DNA of 64,000 bases from Phoronis australis (taxonomy: Eukaryota > Animalia > Phoronida), in the NCBI GenBank assembly GCA_002633005.1, contig NMRA01000356.1:127693-191692 (forward strand), in the 5' to 3' direction. The translations under genes were made by a program, and so were the position numbers. Of the stretch, positions 62,501 through 64,000 are shown piece by piece. The notes below the pieces were generated by a model. It ran no database searches, was not told the origin of the DNA, and worked only from the letters and a program-made list of their open reading frames with translations. Numbering within the stretch: position 1 is the stretch's first letter; every line of letters begins with the position of its first letter.

Positions 62501-63746
62501 GGGTGTGTACTCAACTACCAATCTTACTTATTTGTGTACTCCACAAACCTAATTTTTTCCCTCAAACTAATCTGAAGAGGGCAATTTTGTCCAACAAGTC
62601 TGACAAGTGCTGCACCCTAGTGGTAATTTGACTGTTCACGTATGTGGCTATCTGAGAAGCTGTGAACTGAACTTGTTATGACAGATTTATGACTAAATTA
62701 TTCAAGGCAGTAAGAACAATCCATACAAGATGATGTAAGTCTTGATATTTGTTTAGTTTTGTCAATTAAGTTAGTTTAAAGCAGCATTCAACCCACGCAT
62801 TCTGTAACAAAAGTTTTAATTTTGGCCACTTACCATTAAAAATTGGTCTTATTGTCCTAGCTCAGTTTAGAAGTGGTCTCTTAATAGTCTCATAAAGTCT
62901 GGTCTGAAGAAATAATGATCTGTAAGTTCTTCCATAGTCCAGAAATCGTTCATTTGAGTACGGAACGATTTGAGACCATGTTAACGACATTAAGTGGCTT
63001 AAATCCAAAGTTGTTTTTTGATGGAAAGCGTGGTTTTAATGCCACTTTAACATGGAGCAACATTTTGAGCAAGCATAGTGCATGCTTAACAAACTTCCAT
63101 TTTTGGGGCATATTATGCTGTACTGACTGTAGTTGATCAGTTGTTGTTCTATTAAACAGTGACATAAGATATTTTACATGTGGTTATCCAGACTTAAACA
63201 AAGATGTGCTGAACACTTCATATCTATATAGTGTGGAAACTTGTAAAACACTTTGAAATCTGATAAAAATATTCATTAAAAAACACAAGCTTGTAAGCCT
63301 TAATAGGTGCAGCTCTCCATCAGCTTGTAAGCCTTAATAGGTGCAGCTCTTCATCAGCTTGTAAGCCTTAATAGGTGCAGCTCTCCATCAGCTATGAAAA
63401 CAAGTGGTGCAAAAACATTCTTAAATCAACCTGTTCTGGATTCTTCTCTAATTTTATCTCGACACATGTCATTTGGAGCTTATTCTTAATGTAATTTTAT
63501 CATTCTGTATATGTTGTATTTTTCTTTATTGTCTCTGCCAGAACCTGCCAAGAAGGTGGAGCTGTCAACATCACCAATTGTTCTTGCTATTTCACTTCCG
63601 TGTTCCTTGGTAGTCCTAATTGTGGTCATAGCTGCCGTAGCTGGTACATGCTTTAAACAGAAGGCAAAGCGTACGTCAAAGGCCAACGTCAGTTTTATTG
63701 ACAATAACTTCAACTTCTACAAGTCTGTCATTGCAAATGAGAGAAA
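36005..63746 (+). CDS. Uncharacterised single-pass type I membrane protein with Cys-rich N-terminus and tandem FN3-like domains (possible receptor kinase; cytoplasmic part outside window)
   Basis: Exons in consistent phase: 36005-36136 (signal peptide MMIVCGIVCLALFFAFVDS then CSAQCYAKCL), 43282-43351, 44272-44432, 45431-45542. Module A: 45797-45898, 46303-46394, 47206-47389, 48378-48565, 49069-49128, 49459-49540. Module B: 53144-53260, 55056-55147, 56039-56222, 57284-57474, 59129-59188, 59989-60064. Stalk 60956-61120; TM exon 63542-63746 (IVLAISLPCSLVVLIVVIAAVAGTCF followed by KQKAKR). FN3-like signatures: P..P..L, ITW.LP, Y.L.I.A, VSW...Y.LQW, FYRLAAVS..G. Linking exon 36005-36136 to the rest is inference from phase and content. 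Confidence 0.82.
38466..38577. repeat. (GT)n microsatellite
   Basis: Direct read; one N inside. Confidence 0.95.
38730..39378. mobile_element. TTAA-flanked MITE (Kolobok-like), diverged
   Basis: TTAA|GGTTATATAG ... CTACATAACC|TTAA; same terminal motif as 53642-54380; contains a short (gcgaatagtgccga)n array at about 39150-39255. Confidence 0.6.
39649..39985. repeat. Imperfect direct repeat, about 180-bp period, 2 copies
   Basis: tgcaggctat..cttact.atttgttggctagtcacat.aatgttatcg.gttgttcataa...cttcccatcgtcctgttttc..gtaatttcgccaagtgtc occurs twice. Confidence 0.75.
49574..51546 (+). mobile_element. Full-length Helentron-associated non-autonomous element (DINE-1/HINE-like) with internal higher-order satellite
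   Basis: 5' T-run, then subTIR ATGCGCCCACA (49579) folded with the nearby ATGTGGACGCAT; (GTCC)n microsatellite; three ~452-bp tandem units (GGATCC at 49756, 50208, 50659); 3' subTIR TGTGGGCGCAT (51512-51522); stem-loop CAACGC-TCC-GCGTTG (51525-51539); no TSD and no ORF. Confidence 0.88.
53642..54380. mobile_element. Palindromic MITE with long imperfect TIRs and TTAA target duplication (Kolobok-like)
   Basis: TTAA|GGTTATCTA...aaaaaactatgctttgtcaac.attaaaagtatata.tttctgaaag matches, as reverse complement, ctttcagaaaatatatacttttaattgttgacaaagcatagtttttt...TAGATAACC|TTAA. Confidence 0.85.
55712..55890 (+). repeat. Dispersed repeat also present at about 29745-29950 and 32278-32480
   Basis: Shared blocks acaatatgg..c.caagt.aaatt.tattt and tgtgtagatgtcataaaacaa...cagcctttgaaaa. 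Confidence 0.55.
56240..56655. repeat. 27-bp minisatellite, about 15 copies
   Basis: Unit agtacaacctaagtgacaacaagacta. Confidence 0.95.
57643..58225. repeat. About 28-30-bp minisatellite grading into (CA)n with a gap
   Basis: Repeated tgtcttcatactaRacacat(at)n, then (ca)n around N 58083-58119. Confidence 0.9.
60141..60568. repeat. 71-bp minisatellite, 6 copies
   Basis: Unit tgaatgtgtcctctgttgtggtcacttatatggtattggtgaggtgcaccttgacgtgtctatagtgtgtt. Confidence 0.95.
61587..61816 (+). mobile_element. tRNA-derived SINE, copy 2, with internal (TATGTATTA)n
   Basis: B box GGTTCAAGTCCC; head and tail shared with 906-1082. Confidence 0.65.
62060..62428. repeat. 45-bp minisatellite, about 8 copies
   Basis: Unit tgccaattatattttgatatcaacRtatctatattccaacctctg. 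Confidence 0.95.
63288..63393. repeat. 34-bp tandem repeat, 3 copies
   Basis: Unit agcttgtaagccttaataggtgcagctctYcatc. Confidence 0.9.
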
Positions 63747-64000
63747 GTAAGTCACATTTTGTCCTAGCACTATTGTCTTAACTACCGTAAACTAGATGTT
63801 CTCAGTAGAAAGCTTTGCTCTTGACTGTTTTGCTGTACCGTGGTGAACAGTTACCCCAGTGCAAGTTGTCTAGAAAGGAAATGATTCAGTGCAAACGATT
63901 GTCTGCAAAAAGTTTCCTGATGCATTTTGACACTTGCATTTTGACATCTTTTCAACCTGCACTCATACAACTTGCCTCGGTGTCACTGATCATGTGGATG

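Noticed and set aside
60867-63713. Minus-strand ORFs 60867-61115 and 63486-63713 (likewise 1133-1402 and 14457-14792) as antisense genes
   Set aside because: They are shadow frames of real exons on the opposite strand.

Overview
AT-rich, intron-rich animal genomic DNA, probably an invertebrate bilaterian (inference), from a draft assembly with N gaps. Three spliced genes can be reconstructed by hand. (1) On the minus strand is the 5' part of a BUB1/BUBR1 (unduplicated 'MadBub'-type) spindle-checkpoint gene with KEN1, TPR, ABBA-KEN2-ABBA and GLEBS motifs; it runs off the left edge. (2) On the plus strand is a complete 16-exon acyl-CoA oxidase-like gene (ACOXL) ending in the peroxisomal signal AKL. 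It lies head-to-head with BUB1, with only about 434 bp between start codons. (3) On the plus strand is an uncharacterised type I membrane receptor: signal peptide, Cys-rich N-terminus, FN3-like domains with a duplicated six-exon module, Pro/Ser/Thr stalk and TM helix; it runs off the right edge. Introns and intergenic DNA hold a young Helentron-associated (DINE-1/HINE-like) element family whose internal satellite carries regularly spaced CTCF-like motifs. They also contain a miniature LTR element with a tRNA-like LTR, tRNA-derived SINEs, several MITEs and many minisatellites. Two near-identical duplications, each separated by a single N, are probably uncollapsed haplotypes. All calls come from reading by eye; no searches were run.
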